Shown here piece after piece: positions 51,530-64,000 of a stretch of 64,000 nt of DNA. The notes under the pieces are model-generated. The model did not search any database and was not told the origin of the DNA. It saw nothing but the letters and a program-made list of their open reading frames with translations. The stretch is taken from assembly GCF_009834535.1 (NCBI RefSeq), contig NC_045696.1, forward strand, positions 119,042,001-119,106,000. The letters run 5' to 3'. A program made the position numbers and the translations under genes. The stretch is from Camelus ferus. Taxonomy: Eukaryota. Positions within the stretch are counted from its first letter, which is position 1; each line of letters opens with the position of its first letter.

Positions 51530-51990
51530 AAGCACTTAACAAGATTGTTCATAGCAGATTTATTCACAATAGCCCCAAACTGAAAAATAGCCCAGGCCCT
51601 CAACAAAAGAGTGGCTAGACGAATCCCAGCCTGTGCACACAAAGGCGCACTGCTCAGCAATCAGAAGGAAGGAGCAGCTTGCAGACCCAGCCACAGGGCT
51701 GGATCTCAGAGCCATTTTGCTGAGTGAAAGGAAGACAGCCGCAGAAGAGTACATCATGTACGATTCCATGAGGCTGTGGCCAAATTAATCTGTGGTGGAA
51801 AAGACAGACAGAACAGTGGTTGCCTCCGGAGATTGTGGGCAGGGAGGGACTGAGAAGGGATTTGAGGGAACGCTCTGGACTGTTCCAGGGCCCCCCCTCG
51901 GGAGCATTTCTTACAGTGGCTATTCTGCACCCTTGGGTGGAATTCTTTCTTCCAGTCTGTGTCTTCACCAGACTGCGGGTTCCAGGAGGC
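51530..51990 (+). mobile_element. Old L1 3' end
   Basis: gttcatagcag...tattcacaatagccccaaactg...tgctgagtgaaag...cagtggttgcct. Confidence 0.7.
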
Positions 51991-53526
51991 AGGGACTAGG
52001 TTTGGCCTCACAGACCCCAGCACAGGAGCTGGCTTGGGGCAGATACCACTTAATGCTCATTGAAGGAAGGAGAAAGTGAGGAGGAGAGATGCGGCCGTAA
52101 GGATGCACCCAGCTCACCTCCAAGCACAGGGAGCGCAGGTGGTCAGGGGCCCGGTCGCTGTGTTCGGAGGTGGAGGTACAGCTTCACGTCGGCGTGGGGA
52201 CCACAACCAGTGAGTGAGCACAGCAGAACCCTGAACCAGTCCTGTTCTGTGGAGACACAGGACCCCCTGGATGGCCAGCTTCGGCTCGAGGACTCCCTAA
52301 TAGAACCGACTAAACCTCATCTGGATGACAGAGCCATCTAGACACTCCCTCTCTCCTCCGCCCGGGGCCAGACTGGCATCAATCACCACAGGACCGCTCT
52401 CCAGGTCTTTCCCAGCTCACCTCCATTTTCTCCAGCAGGAATTCCTCTAATAAAACCCTTGCAAGTTGCATCCCATCACAGAGGCTGCTTCTCAGACAAT
52501 CCAAACTCACATGGAGGAAAGGGACTGAGTGAGGAAGGGGCCAGCCCTGGCTTGGCCCGCAGCCACGCCCTGACTGCGTAGTGATGACAGCAACTTCTCT
52601 TTGCTGGCTGACGGTGCCCTACATTGCAATTCATATTTTCCTGACCTCGGCGTCTTGCCTCCCTGGTTAGCTTCCTGAAGGGGGACCGACTGACCAGTGT
52701 GCTGTGTGTAGTTTTCGCCTTTTCCAGGGTAGGAAAGCAGCACCCACCCACAGCACCTCGTACACAGAGGAAGCAAAGTCCTGGGCACTCAACACACAGC
52801 CATGCGAAGGATGACAAGTGATGTGTTCCAAACCGTGGCTGGTGACCCATTACTGGGTCAATCGAGTGTCGATCACCATTGAAAAAAAAAAAAAAAAAGG
52901 AAACAGAATTAAACAGAATAGACCAGAACAAGGTGTAAATACAGGATATGTCACCAAAAGAAGAGGTCAGATTTGCGTCCTGAGTGCTTTGTTGCAGTTC
53001 TTACGGATAAGTGTGTTTGGACCAGGTTGTGAGGTAAAATGTATTCCTCAACGGTGGTGGGTCATGGTCAGAAATGCTTAGAAAGTGCTGATCTCCTGAT
53101 GTTGTCTAGTTCAGCGTTTCTCCAGGATGCATTTATCAACCAAAGTGTTCCTTTCAAAAGGGATTTCCGAGTCACATGGGTAGAACAACCCGGAGCAAAC
53201 CACTGACCCAATGCAGAGGACATCTCAAGCCTTCTCAGCCTGCTTGGAGGTTCACAGGAGCTCAACATACTCGAGGCTGTGTCTGCATCATTAAATCTAC
53301 TGAACATAGAACTTTTCAAACATGTTTGAGTCCTAAGTGCCTCCTCTCTCTTCTATTTCTCATCGCCCTGGAGCACCTACGGCTCTACATACAGGGAGAC
53401 ACGCTGACAGCTCAGCCCCGCCCCGTAGACTTCTCACCGCCCTGTCCTTGTTAGCGGGATGGGAGGCGTGGCTAGGGAGGGGCTGACCCCCACCTCTTGG
53501 CGTCTGACCTCCTACCTGGACAATAA

Positions 53527-53648
53527 TTTTATTTATTTATTTATTTGTTTGTTTGTTTGTTTGTTTATTTAGTGGAGATACTGGGGGTTGAACCCAGGAC
53601 CTTGCGCATGCTAAGCATGCGCTCTACCACTGAGCTATACCCGCACCC
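53527..53648 (-). mobile_element. tRNA-Ala-derived SINE (Vic-1 type) with (AAAC)n/(AAAT)n tail
   Basis: Reverse complement: gggtatagctcagtggtagagcgcatgcttagcatgcgcaaggtcctgggttcaacccccagtatctcca plus A-rich tail. Confidence 0.9.
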
Positions 53649-55844
53649 CACCCCCCCTAGACTATGATTTTGCACACAGTTTCTTCTTACACTCAGAGAC
53701 CCACCCAGGGGACGTGGACACCAAATGGCTTTTCCCATTACTCCCCAGTAGGCCCCCAGGATGCACTTGACCTCTCCCCTGGCTCTTCTGTGCCAAGTGC
53801 ATGCATCTGCAAGCCAGTCATCTGTCCCGGGGATGAGTCCTGGGCCATGAAGAGAGGGCAGTTAAGTGGCCCACATGGGGCCAGAGCTGTGACCTGGGCC
53901 TCATTCCCCCTACTCAGCATTATGGAATGAAATAGGTGCATCCCAACAAATGAAAGTAAGTCCTATCAGCCTGCCAGGACCTGCTTCTCTCCCCTAACGG
54001 GCAAGGACGTTAGTCTGACTCAGAGGACAGTCTCAGAGTCGGGAGGTCTGGGTTCCAGCCTATGTCCTTGCTGTGGGACCAGGCGAGCCCCTGGGCCTTA
54101 TGAGTAAAATCAGGAGTTAGTCTAAGTGATCACATTGACAAGGAACAGTAGAGGCAAAGTAGGCCTCAGAAAGCTTCAGTTCATGTCTTTGGTTGAAAAG
54201 ATGAAGAAACCGAGGCCCAGAGAGGCCAAGTAACTTTGATGAGTCCACAGAGCACAGGTGAGAACTGGGCTGTCTGGCTCCTGTTTTGGCCCATTCCCAT
54301 CTGCCCAGGCTGTCATCTGAAGGTCCGCTCTATAGCAATATTTTCCAGTATATAAAGTAATCACAGTAAAGGGGCAGGCAGCATACACAGCTCATCTTGG
54401 AGGTCCATAAGTGGCCTCTAAAAAAACAGGAAATAATTTCAGAAATTGTAATTGTTTAACAGCAGTATTTGCACACTATGATATTTCTAAGCACTTAAAA
54501 AAAATCTTCTAAGCTCAGTATAAGAACATGAAGAATTTTTTCCATTTCCCCTTGATAAACTTCTCCCTTAATTCCAAATAAACAGCATGTGTGTTATTGG
54601 GTATTTGTCCGACCTCTGAATTAATCAAGACTTTCAGGTGCAGTGGACAAAAATCCAAGTAAACTAGTTTGAAAAGAAGGGGGATTTATGGCTCACATAA
54701 GTGGAAGTCCATTCACAATTAGATTCAGAGACTTAAGACTCGTTAGTTCTTTTTCCCTTGTTCTCACATGCCCTCCAAACTCTGCACATTTCTGTGTGGC
54801 TGTGGCCACCTTTTCTCCTTCTGAAGTTATGCTTTCTCCATATGGGAGAAAGCATACACTTCTGCCAAATAGGTGTTGTTTCTTCCCTCTTCCTTTTTTT
54901 TCTGATAGAAGATTGATGTGATACCTGGAGTTGCAGCAGCTATCTTTCAACCATGAGGGAAAGGCCAAAAAAAAATCATGAGTTGCAAACCAGGGCCAGC
55001 AAGTTGCTGCCTTGAGACTTTCTGTTATGTAAGAAAAACAATCCCGTATTTGTTTAAATCAGTGTAGTCAGTTTATCTCATACTTGCAGCCAAAATATTC
55101 CTAACTAATACAATGGATAAATCAGATTCATTGTAGCCATAAATAAAATCTTAAAAGTTATAGAATCTGGTAGAGGTCTATGTCTCTATTTATTCTACTC
55201 TTTTGAGTTCTCAGTTATCCATCCTTTCAAACTTTGGGGAAGATGAAGAAGACACAGTTCTTTTACCCAGAGGAAGCTTACAATTAAATAGAACTTAAAA
55301 TTTAGGCCAATGTTGAACAAAGAATTCCTGCTCATATTTAATTCCCCAATGCTGCAATTAAGCCCACTTGCTTTTTATTTCATCCTTTGTAGAGCTCAAG
55401 AATGGCTAGTTACCATCTTTTTAAATAAGGAAGATGACTTAATTAAAAATACACTTCTGTCTCTGTGATTGTGTGTGTATGTGTGTTTCAGTTTGTTTTC
55501 CCTGGTTAATTAACACCAATTTCTTTGACTTTCTTCACAGATCTTATTTTTCAAACTTCTAATATTTATGTGAGATTTGATCAGACAAAATTTACAGGTA
55601 AAATTTATGTGATCTCTTAGGATCTCTGATCTAGCTAGAGAACAAAATTGTGAAGACCTTTGAGCCTCCTGCTTTCAAATCCCTTCAGCCTCAAAGCTGG
55701 AGCCACACAGCCTCTCCTGGGTGATTAAATCTCCATGTTTGTGACTCTGACTCCAAGCTCTGGAATCAAGATTGTCACTGGTAGAGGAATAAGATGCAAC
55801 CTAAGCTGAAGGACATCTGACTCTGAATGGGGTCTATGGGCCTC

Positions 55845-56850
55845 TTTTTAAAATTGAAGTATAGTTAATTTACAATGTTGTGTTAATTTCTGGTGTACAG
55901 CATAGTGATTCAGTTATACATTTTTATTTTCATATATATATTATTTTTCATATTATTTCATATTACTTATTATAGATTATTATAAGATATTGAATATAGT
56001 TCCCTGTGCTATACAGTAAGACCTTGTTATTTATCTATTTATATGTAATAGTGTGTATCTGCTAATCCCAAACTCTTAATTTATCCCTCCTCCCCTTTCC
56101 ACTTTGGTAAACATAAATTTGTGTTCTATGTCTGAGTCTGTTTCTGTTTTGTAAATAAGTTCTTTGTATCATTTTTTTTAGATTCCACATATAAATGATA
56201 TATGATATTTGTCATTCTCTGTCTGACTTACTTCACTAAGTATGATAATCTCTAGGTCCACCCATGTTGCTGCAAATGGCATTATTTTACTCTTTTTTAT
56301 GGCTGAGTAGTATTCCATTGTATAAATATACCACAGCTTCTTTATCCAGTCATCTGTCGATGGACAGTTAGGTTGTTTTCATGTCTTGGCTATTGTAAAT
56401 AGTGCTGCTATGAATATTCGGGTGCATGTGCCTTTTTGAATTAGAGTTTTTTGATTTTCTGGATATATACCCAGGATTGGGATTGCTGGATCATATGATA
56501 AGTCTACTTTTAGTTTCTTGAGGAATCTCTCTACTGTCTTGCATAATGGCTGCAGCAAACTGCATTCCCACCAACAGTGTAGGACACTTCCCTTTTCTCC
56601 ACATCTTCTCCAGCATTTATCATTTGTAGACTTTTGAATAATGGCCATTCTGGCTGGTGTGAGGTGATACCTCACTGTAGTTTTGATTTGCATTTCTCTG
56701 ATAATTAGCGATATTGAACATTTTTTCATGTGCCTATTAGCCATTGTATGTCTTCATTGGAGAATTGCTTGTTTAGGTCTTCTGCTCATTTTTGGATTAG
56801 ATTGTTTTTTTGTTTTTTTTTTTGTTATTAAGTTGTTTGAGCTATTTTAA
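55845..56850 (-). mobile_element. 5'-truncated L1 (~1 kb) with a readable ORF2 C-terminal segment
   Basis: ORF 56379..56744(-) [23 protein letters not shown]...[10 protein letters not shown]...HCWWEC is the L1 ORF2 cysteine-rich domain. Confidence 0.93.
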
Positions 56851-57109
56851 ATTCTTGAAGTACATTTTCTTTTTGCTTAAGCCAGGGTAAGTAGGTTTTC
56901 TGCCCTGAACCCCACACGTCTGCTAAGTGCATCCCCAAATCCTGTTTGGAGAAGACACCTAGGATGTGCCATGAATGGTTCTCCCACTAAACTCTTTAAC
57001 ACCCCCATCCTCAGGACTGACCTCAGGACTGACCTGAGACTCACGTCCTCCCCTGCTGGTCCCTATAGAAACCAGTCCCTGAACACACCCTCAGGTCCCT
57101 CCTGTAGCA

Positions 57110-57787
57110 GGGCCCTTGCACCTCACCCAGATTCCCAGCGGCTCTTCTACTGTTTGCTGCTAAAAGCTCGCACGACCATCCTCACCTGAGAAATGCCCTT
57201 GGGAAACTGGAGTTCCAGCCCCTCACCTGGGGCTTCTTTGAACGAGTGCTTGACTGCTGTGGGTGCACAAGAGCCCTACCTTCTTGCCTCAATGCAGAAC
57301 AGATACCGCAGGGCAACGTATGCCCCAGAAGTCCTCGTGAGATCAGACTGAGGCTAGACCTCATCTGAAACCACATCCTTGTTGGCATCTCCTCCTTCCT
57401 ACGGTCTTAAAAAGTGACTGGCACAAGGATCCCTATTTCAAGCTCTGCTTCTAGAGAACCTGACCTGTGGCACATTGTAATTTCCAAAGGTGGTGACCAC
57501 AATGTCTCTCATCCCATGGGCTCTTCTTACCACGTGACTTCTCTCATTAAGGGGGGTGGTGTCTATGTCCCTCCCCTCAAATCTGGTTGAGTGTGTGACT
57601 GCTTTGAATAACAGGGTATGGTGAAAATGTCACTCTGTGATTCCAAGTTTAGGTCATAACAGGGGCCCTTGCACCTCACCCAGATTCCCAGCAGCTCTTC
57701 TACTGTTTGCTGCTAAAATCTCGCATGGCCATCCTCACCTGAGAAATGCCCTTGGGAAAACTGGAGTTCCAACCCCTCACCTGGGGC
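57110..57787 (+). repeat. Direct repeat pair, ~124 bp (57110-57233 and 57663-57787), ~95% identical
   Basis: Manual alignment: 5 substitutions and 1 indel. Confidence 0.93.
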
Positions 57788-58887
57788 AGTGGAGCTTTGG
57801 CACTTTGGTGCGATTTGTTGTTTAGTGACAGAATCTGGAGACCTAAGACATCAATCTTTAGCCTTTATGCAAATGTGTATGATGGTCTGATCCTCCCTGG
57901 TCCTGTCTGGCAGCGCAGACAAGCCAAGTTCTGGCAACGTCCGTTGATAATCCTCCTGGCAAACACACTTGGAAAAGCTGTGGCTTTACAGGATTCCACT
58001 ATCTGGAAATGGGACATCGCCATCATTTGTGGGTTATTGCTGTCATTCCAACACCCCGGCGGGTTTCTGTGTCAGGAATAGATGATGCTCTACTGGTTGT
58101 GTAGTCAGGCAGATGAGTCAGGGGCTGTATTTTCCCTTCTGAACACATTTTACTTATAATATGAATAATGCTTTCTGGGAAATCCCCAGATGTCAAGGTT
58201 TAAAAATCCTGAAGCAGCTGTTAGTTGTGACTGGGTTTTGTTTAAGTAAAAATGCCAAAGAAATTTTCTTCTGAGTGTTACAAGGAGAACCAAAACTGGG
58301 AACTTGAAAGTGAGGTACGCTACTCTCAGAAAGTAACAGGAATGATTACTATCATTGTCTCCTTGGGCCAAAGGCTCTCTCTCTCCAAATGAGCTGAGGA
58401 TTGAATGAGTCTTAATATGCAAGTCCTACAAGGTATGCATAGATGTGTGTGTTTTAAAAAGCTTGGTGTTTTTCTTGCATATTTCAACCAACGTTTTTAA
58501 AACAAGAAAATGAGCATCTAAAGTATGTAGACTCAGTTTTAAAAAGAAGACAGAATCACAAAATGGGTACCTCCTCAGACAAAACACCACCGGGTATCTT
58601 TGGCTTAGGTTTGTTTTGCAGTAGAGACCAGGAGAAGCAGGAGGGTGGTCTGGAGACCACTGGGGAGTTTGCTTCAGGTTATTAACCTCACACTTAGAAG
58701 AACATTTGGTATGCCCCTGAAATCTCAAGATTTACGTTCATTCATTGTTCATTTTCTCATATATCTCTTTAGACCCAGGAACTCGGCAGCGTAAAGTCTG
58801 GGAGAAGTGGAGGAAATCAAGAGGGTGAGAGGGTCCTTCTTGAACAAACTGTTTCTGGGCCTCTTCTTACACTCCTTTGTTCCTGAC

Positions 58888-59404
58888 TGTTCTGGTTATC
58901 CATTGCCGCGTAACAAGTAACCCCAAAACCTAGTGGCTAAAACAACAGCCATTTAGTTTTTATCATGACATTTGTGGGTCAGAACTGGGGGAGGGCTAAG
59001 CTAGGTGGTTCTGGTGGTGTAAGTCAGTGAGGGCTGGAGTGGCCTGGGGCTCACTGGGCATCTCTTCCTCTCCTCATGTGCTCGCTGGTCCTCTCCATGT
59101 GGTCTCTGTGTGGGCTAGTTTGGGCTTCCTCACAACATGGCGACCTCAAAGCACTGAGCTGCTTGCTTGGTCACTGAACGTTTGGAGAGTGAACTCCAGC
59201 TATCTAAGAGGAAGCTGCATTATCTTCCAGCTACAGAAGTCACGTGGCTTTACTTATGCCACATTCTATTGGTCACAAATATGTCACAAACTGCTCAGAT
59301 TAAGGACGGGGAAATTAGACTCCCCTTTTGGTAGGGGAATGGCAAGGTTCTTGGGCAGGAGATACTGTTGGAGGCCGTCTTTGGAAAATATAATTAGCTG
59401 CACA
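58888..59404 (-). mobile_element. MLT1-type MaLR LTR
   Basis: tgttctggttatccattgccgcgtaacaa...ccccaaaacctagtggc...tttgggcttcctcacaacatggcg...caca. Confidence 0.75.
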
Positions 59405-60215
59405 GCCCAAGTCTGGTTCCTCGAGTCCCTGTCGATCCTGTGAGCTGCCTAAAGAGGGTTTTCAAATTTTCTTTACACCTTAAGGTAGCCAGAGCCCAGG
59501 TCTCTGGTGTGCAATGAGAACCCTGCCTGACACACTCTAAGTTTATTTAAAATGACGTTTACATGTAGATTCTTGGTTAGAGCCTTTAATGGGGCTTAGA
59601 GCAAATACAAGAGCAGAGGCGACTTTTGGAACCAGAGTTTCCCTCCTGAAGATAATCAGATTAGTGTAATGACTTTGAAAGGAAAGGAGAGGTGAGAATA
59701 CGACCTTGCCTTGTTATGTCTTGACCACTGAGGTCTAGTCCTGCATGACTTTACTGGCTGTCTTTTCAGAAAGTGCTAACACTTGTCAAATATTGATAAT
59801 TTCTTAATAATAGCCTTGGGGCTAAGATGCTTATACTAACGCCCGGAGAAGAAGGCAGATGCTTGAGTCTGGCCTGTTGCCATCCAGCTGTTGCTTAGCT
59901 GAATTTGCATGCCAAAACCAGGCCTCAGCCCTGTTAAAAAGTTTCTCGTGCTCTCCTCTAAGGTGCCAGTGCCTTCAGCCTGACCTTTGATACTTTGACT
60001 TGGAACACTAGAGCCGAGAGAAAAGGCCTCGGTGATGATTGACGGATGGAGAACTTTATTCCAGGACTCCCACTTCAGCCGAGTAGAACTGATGAAAGGG
60101 AGGGTAGTGGACCTGCAGCCACTGGCATTTAAACCCTCTGAATGTGATTCAAAAAGGGCTGGGGAGAACAGAATGAGTTAGGAGGAGGGAGAGAGTGGGC
60201 TTTTCAAGAAACATT

Positions 60216-60654
60216 TTTTTCCCTGAACCTCCATCTCTTGTATTTTTATTTATTTATTATTATTTTTTAATTCGAGTATAGTCAGTTTACAATGTTGTGT
60301 CAATTTCACATGTACACCATAATGTTTCAGAAATACATATACATACATATATTCCTTTTCATATGCTTTTTCATTATAGGTTATGACAAGATACTGAATA
60401 GAGTTCCCTATACTATACAGAAGAAACTTGTTGTTTATCTATTTTAAATATAGGAGTTAGTATCTGCAAATCTCGGACTCCCAGTTTTTCCCTTCCCACC
60501 CCCTTTCCCCCCTGGTAACCATAAGTTTGTTTTCTATGCCTGTGAGTCTGTTTCTGTTTTGTAAATAAACTCATTTGTGTCTTCTTTTTCAGATTTCACA
60601 TATAAGTGATATCACATGGTATTTTTCTTTCTCTCTCTGGCTTAGTTCACTTAG
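60216..60654 (-). mobile_element. L1 3' fragment with TSD and a short extra 3' tail
   Basis: L1 3'UTR text; aagaaacatt at 60206-60215 and 60655-60664. Confidence 0.85.
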
Positions 60655-60709
60655 AAGAAACATTATTAATCCAACATGTAAGTACTGTATTAGCTCCTGG
60701 CATGAATGG

Positions 60710-61080
60710 TGCTACGGTCTGAATGTTTGTGTCCTCTCAAAATTCATGCGTTGACATCCTAATCCCCATAGTGGTGGTATTAGGAGGTGGGGACTTCGGA
60801 AGGCAATTAGGTCATGAGGGTGGAGCCCCCATGAATGGGATTAGTGCCCTTATAAAAGAGGCCCCAGAGAGCTCCCTGGTCCTTCCCACCATGTGACGTT
60901 ATATAAAAGAGATGGCCATCTAGGACGTAGGCCCTCATCAAACAGCGACTAGTGGGGGGGGGGGCACCTGAGGGGGATGATCCTGGATTTCTCAGCTTCC
61001 AGAACAGTAGGAAATAAATGTTGTGTATAAGCCACCTGTCCTATGGTGTTTAATTACAGCAGCCAGAATGGACTAAGACA
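60710..61080 (+). mobile_element. MLT1A-type MaLR solo LTR, 5-bp TSD AATGG
   Basis: TG...CA termini (tgctacggtctgaatgtttgtgtc ... gactaagaca); aatgg at 60705-60709 and 61081-61085. Confidence 0.88.
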
Positions 61081-64000
61081 AATGGTACTCCCTTGTTTAT
61101 CCTGTTCATTCATTCATTCATCATATTATTTTAGAAGTCAGGGCATTCCAGGAAATGGAGGAATGACTAGATCACAACCATGAGAGCCCTCCTGCAGTTG
61201 GGGAAATTGGAGAGGAATAAATGGCTACCTATCAGGCCATGAGGTTAAATCTCAGTTAACAAAACCTTTTGAAGGAAGCCCTTTATTAAAAACTAATATC
61301 TGGAAAGACTTTTTAGGAGCTGATATCTTGAGAAGCTGTGTTCACAGTGTACCACCTGGCCCACGTGCTAACGTTAAGAGTTTCCTCCTATACAGCATGG
61401 GGAGGGGTGGGTGAGGCACCTTATGTCCATTTGCTCATCATCAGTGTCAGCCTTCAAGTGTCCAGTCTCTCCCAACACCACACACATTCATCTCCTATTA
61501 GCATAGTAGCTACTCAGATATGCTAAGCATAAAACTTACCTTACATTTCTATAACAACATGTCAGAGGGGACAGAGGTGGTGGAAACTTATTCCCAGTCA
61601 ATTTCGGGACTGGCCCCAGCTCCCCTAGAGTTGTGCATAAGTCCAAATTGGGCCAAAGCCTGAGCAGGCTTAGGGAACCCGATCAGTGTCACCGACATCC
61701 AGGGTGGCATCCATTCCAACAGCTTCACATCCTCTGGTTGCAATATATAGTGGCAAACTGTCTTCTCCAGCTGTCTAAATTGGTGCCAAAGGAGTTAATA
61801 CCGAGTAACAAGAAGTACACTGGGGGATGGGAAATCAGATCAGTTAATGTATAAAAATATTACCCCATTTTTCTTCAATGAGTTATTTCCACAATCACCT
61901 TTATTTTATTATTTTTTGGCATCTGTGGAATATATAGGCTTCCTACATATTCATATGTATACATATTTTTTCTCCCTCAGGTAATAAACTTTTTTCACAA
62001 ATGCAAGTTAATAGGTATGTCCCATGAATGGAATAACCAGGGAAGGGTATGGATATGAAAAGCTTTTGGTAAAGCCAGAGACTTCCTCAAGCTGCCAAAA
62101 GCCGCGTGCTTCATCCTACAATCCTGCAATTTATTCTCCGACTGCTCTTTGCTCCAGAAAGCAAATCCTATCTCAGCCACAGGAGGGCCCCAGCTCCCCG
62201 GAACAGCCGGGCTGACAGACTGAGAATTCAGAGGTAAAAATGAGGAGCAGATTCAGGAGTAGAATAACACTAATTTTTTTGTTTGTATTGGGATGAATGG
62301 AACAGTTGGCAATCATCCAAACATCTCCTCAGATTGACGCTGCCTGGGGGTGGCATCTGCCAAGTCTCAGTTTGATACACTCTGGACAAAAGTCCCTGGC
62401 CTCAGCCAATCAAGGCGTAGAAGAAAATATCCTAACCAGCTCCCTGCCCTACCCGAGTTAACACTCCCACCTGGCTGAGGCAGTCACAGGTGTGTTTGGA
62501 CACCGGCATGAGGATGCCGACTCCATTCTGACCAGGAGTGTCGGGGACTTGCCAGAGTGGGGCATCAATGAACACAGGGCAGGGGGCTCCTCCCAAACCA
62601 CTGGCTCTGGGGCACAGAAGTCCGACCTCCTTATAGAAACGAGGGTCACCCTACATGGGGCCAGCTTTCTGCAGCCCTTTCTTATGGAGCAGCCACCCAG
62701 CCAAACCGTGATCTCACTGTGGCTGCAGACTCACTTAAACTATTAACCGTGATGATAAGGATGAATAATTCCTGTACCTCCAGGGCATTCACGAGGCTGC
62801 TTATCTCTCCAGTTGGCCCTGCAGTGTGGCTGTTCAGATCTGGTTTCCGTGCTCCTGCAAATAAACAATTAGGTCAGTAGCTCTTGAGGTTCCGTCACTT
62901 TTGATGGGTCTGTTTTCTGCATAAGTTGTTACTGCTCTCTACAGAATCATGGGGACTGGGCTATTTTGAGCTCCACTGGGAGAAGCCTGGTAAGATTGCG
63001 GGGTGGGGGTGGGAAAGAGGTGGGCAGAACAGAGGGGGAACTGGGATCCTCCTGCTCGGAGCCTCGGTGGGGCTGGGATGCATCACAATGCCTCTGGCTG
63101 CTGGTACCCATGGCCTTCATCATCTCCCGAGTGGGGCGGTGCAGCTGAGGCCAAGGGAGGGAATTGCTCCAGCAGTGGGGCTCCTGTAACCGAGCTTTTA
63201 CAGGAATTGTACAGTCTGGCCCCGGCTGCTTCTTACGCTTGCCTAGGCTGGCTTAACTCCCCTCCTTTCCACAGGGGGTGTGAGCTTCCCTATTAACTTG
63301 GGGACTGTGTTTTATCGACCGCAAACACTCGGGAGCCCAGTTCTGGGGCCATCTGTGACCTGTCGGGCTGTAATAGCTTGGTTTGCCCCGTGTTCGGCTC
63401 CCTCCCTGAGTACTTAGTGTTAAATCATAGAGGGGGAAAGTGTGAGCAGAGGAAAAACAGCACTATTACATGACCCCCGATGAGACCGCTGTGATAGAAT
63501 TAAAAGCTGCCGCCCTAGGACATTCTAACAGATGACACTGTGAGGTTGCCAAGGTAACCCACCAGGATACAGTTCCAGCATCTTTGGGGTTGATGCTGGG
63601 TAGGCGAGGTCAGTCAGAGGTGAGGCCCAGTGTGTCCCCTGGCTGGCCAGTCCACGACAGTCAAGTGGAGAATCAAGGCCGACCTCTCCAAACACAGATG
63701 AACCCAGCCTCGTCTCCTCATTGGCTAGTCCAGGTGAAAGACAATCAGAATGCTTCCCATGGTTCAATGTAGGTTCCCCAGAGCCGAAAAAGATCTGGAG
63801 ACAAAACGACTCACCTGGTGGCTCCATGCATGTTTATTAAACACCTACCACGTACCGGGTAGGAAGCATCAGAATATTTAGGGGGAGAGGTCAGGAGCTC
63901 TAGGAAACCCTAAAGAGATGCAGATCCTAGCAGAGAAAAAAAAGACATTTAAGACATTTACACACCGTTAGTACTCAGGAAAATCGTGAGTGGAAGAAAA

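Noticed and set aside
53573..53645. Apparent tRNA-Ala(AGC) gene on the minus strand
   Set aside because: Acceptor and anticodon stems are partly mispaired, it has an A-rich microsatellite tail with no T-run terminator, and three sibling copies exist. It is a SINE.
56379..56744. 121-aa ORF with Cys/His motif
   Set aside because: C-terminal fragment of L1 ORF2 in a 5'-truncated element, not a host gene.
1..64000. CRISPR arrays, operons, rRNA, NUMT or processed pseudogenes
   Set aside because: None seen: the DNA is mammalian, there is no regularly spaced repeat-spacer array, and I recognised no mitochondrial or retrocopy sequence by eye. Weak remnants could only be excluded by BLAST.

Overview
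Mammalian (eukaryotic) genomic DNA, most likely a camelid: tRNA-Ala-derived Vic-1-type SINEs are present, and I saw no Alu, B1/B2, Bov-tA or PRE-1. The first ~20 kb hold one complete, intact gene on the + strand: DAZL, a germ-cell RRM RNA-binding protein. It has a CpG-island promoter, 11 exons (CDS join 2171-2173, 8580-8726, 9002-9093, 9692-9743, 10874-10937, 11031-11170, 12569-12640, 13336-13386, 14203-14316, 15534-15632, 18314-18367 = 888 nt, 295 aa) and a ~1.9-kb 3'UTR ending at clustered AATAAA signals near 20270-20285. The remaining ~44 kb look intergenic and are dominated by L1 fragments, MaLR/ERV LTRs, MIR/L2, hAT DNA transposons and microsatellites. Nearly all ORFs in the supplied track are spurious or L1-derived. 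I found no convincing new biological system. The notable items are smaller: a non-canonical GC splice donor in DAZL intron 9, a template-switch hairpin inside an intronic L1, two TSD-bounded L1 insertions carrying extra 3' sequence, a 124-bp local duplication, candidate CTCF sites, and PRC1.6-type and nuclear-receptor motifs. Repeat subfamily names are from visual recall and need RepeatMasker confirmation.
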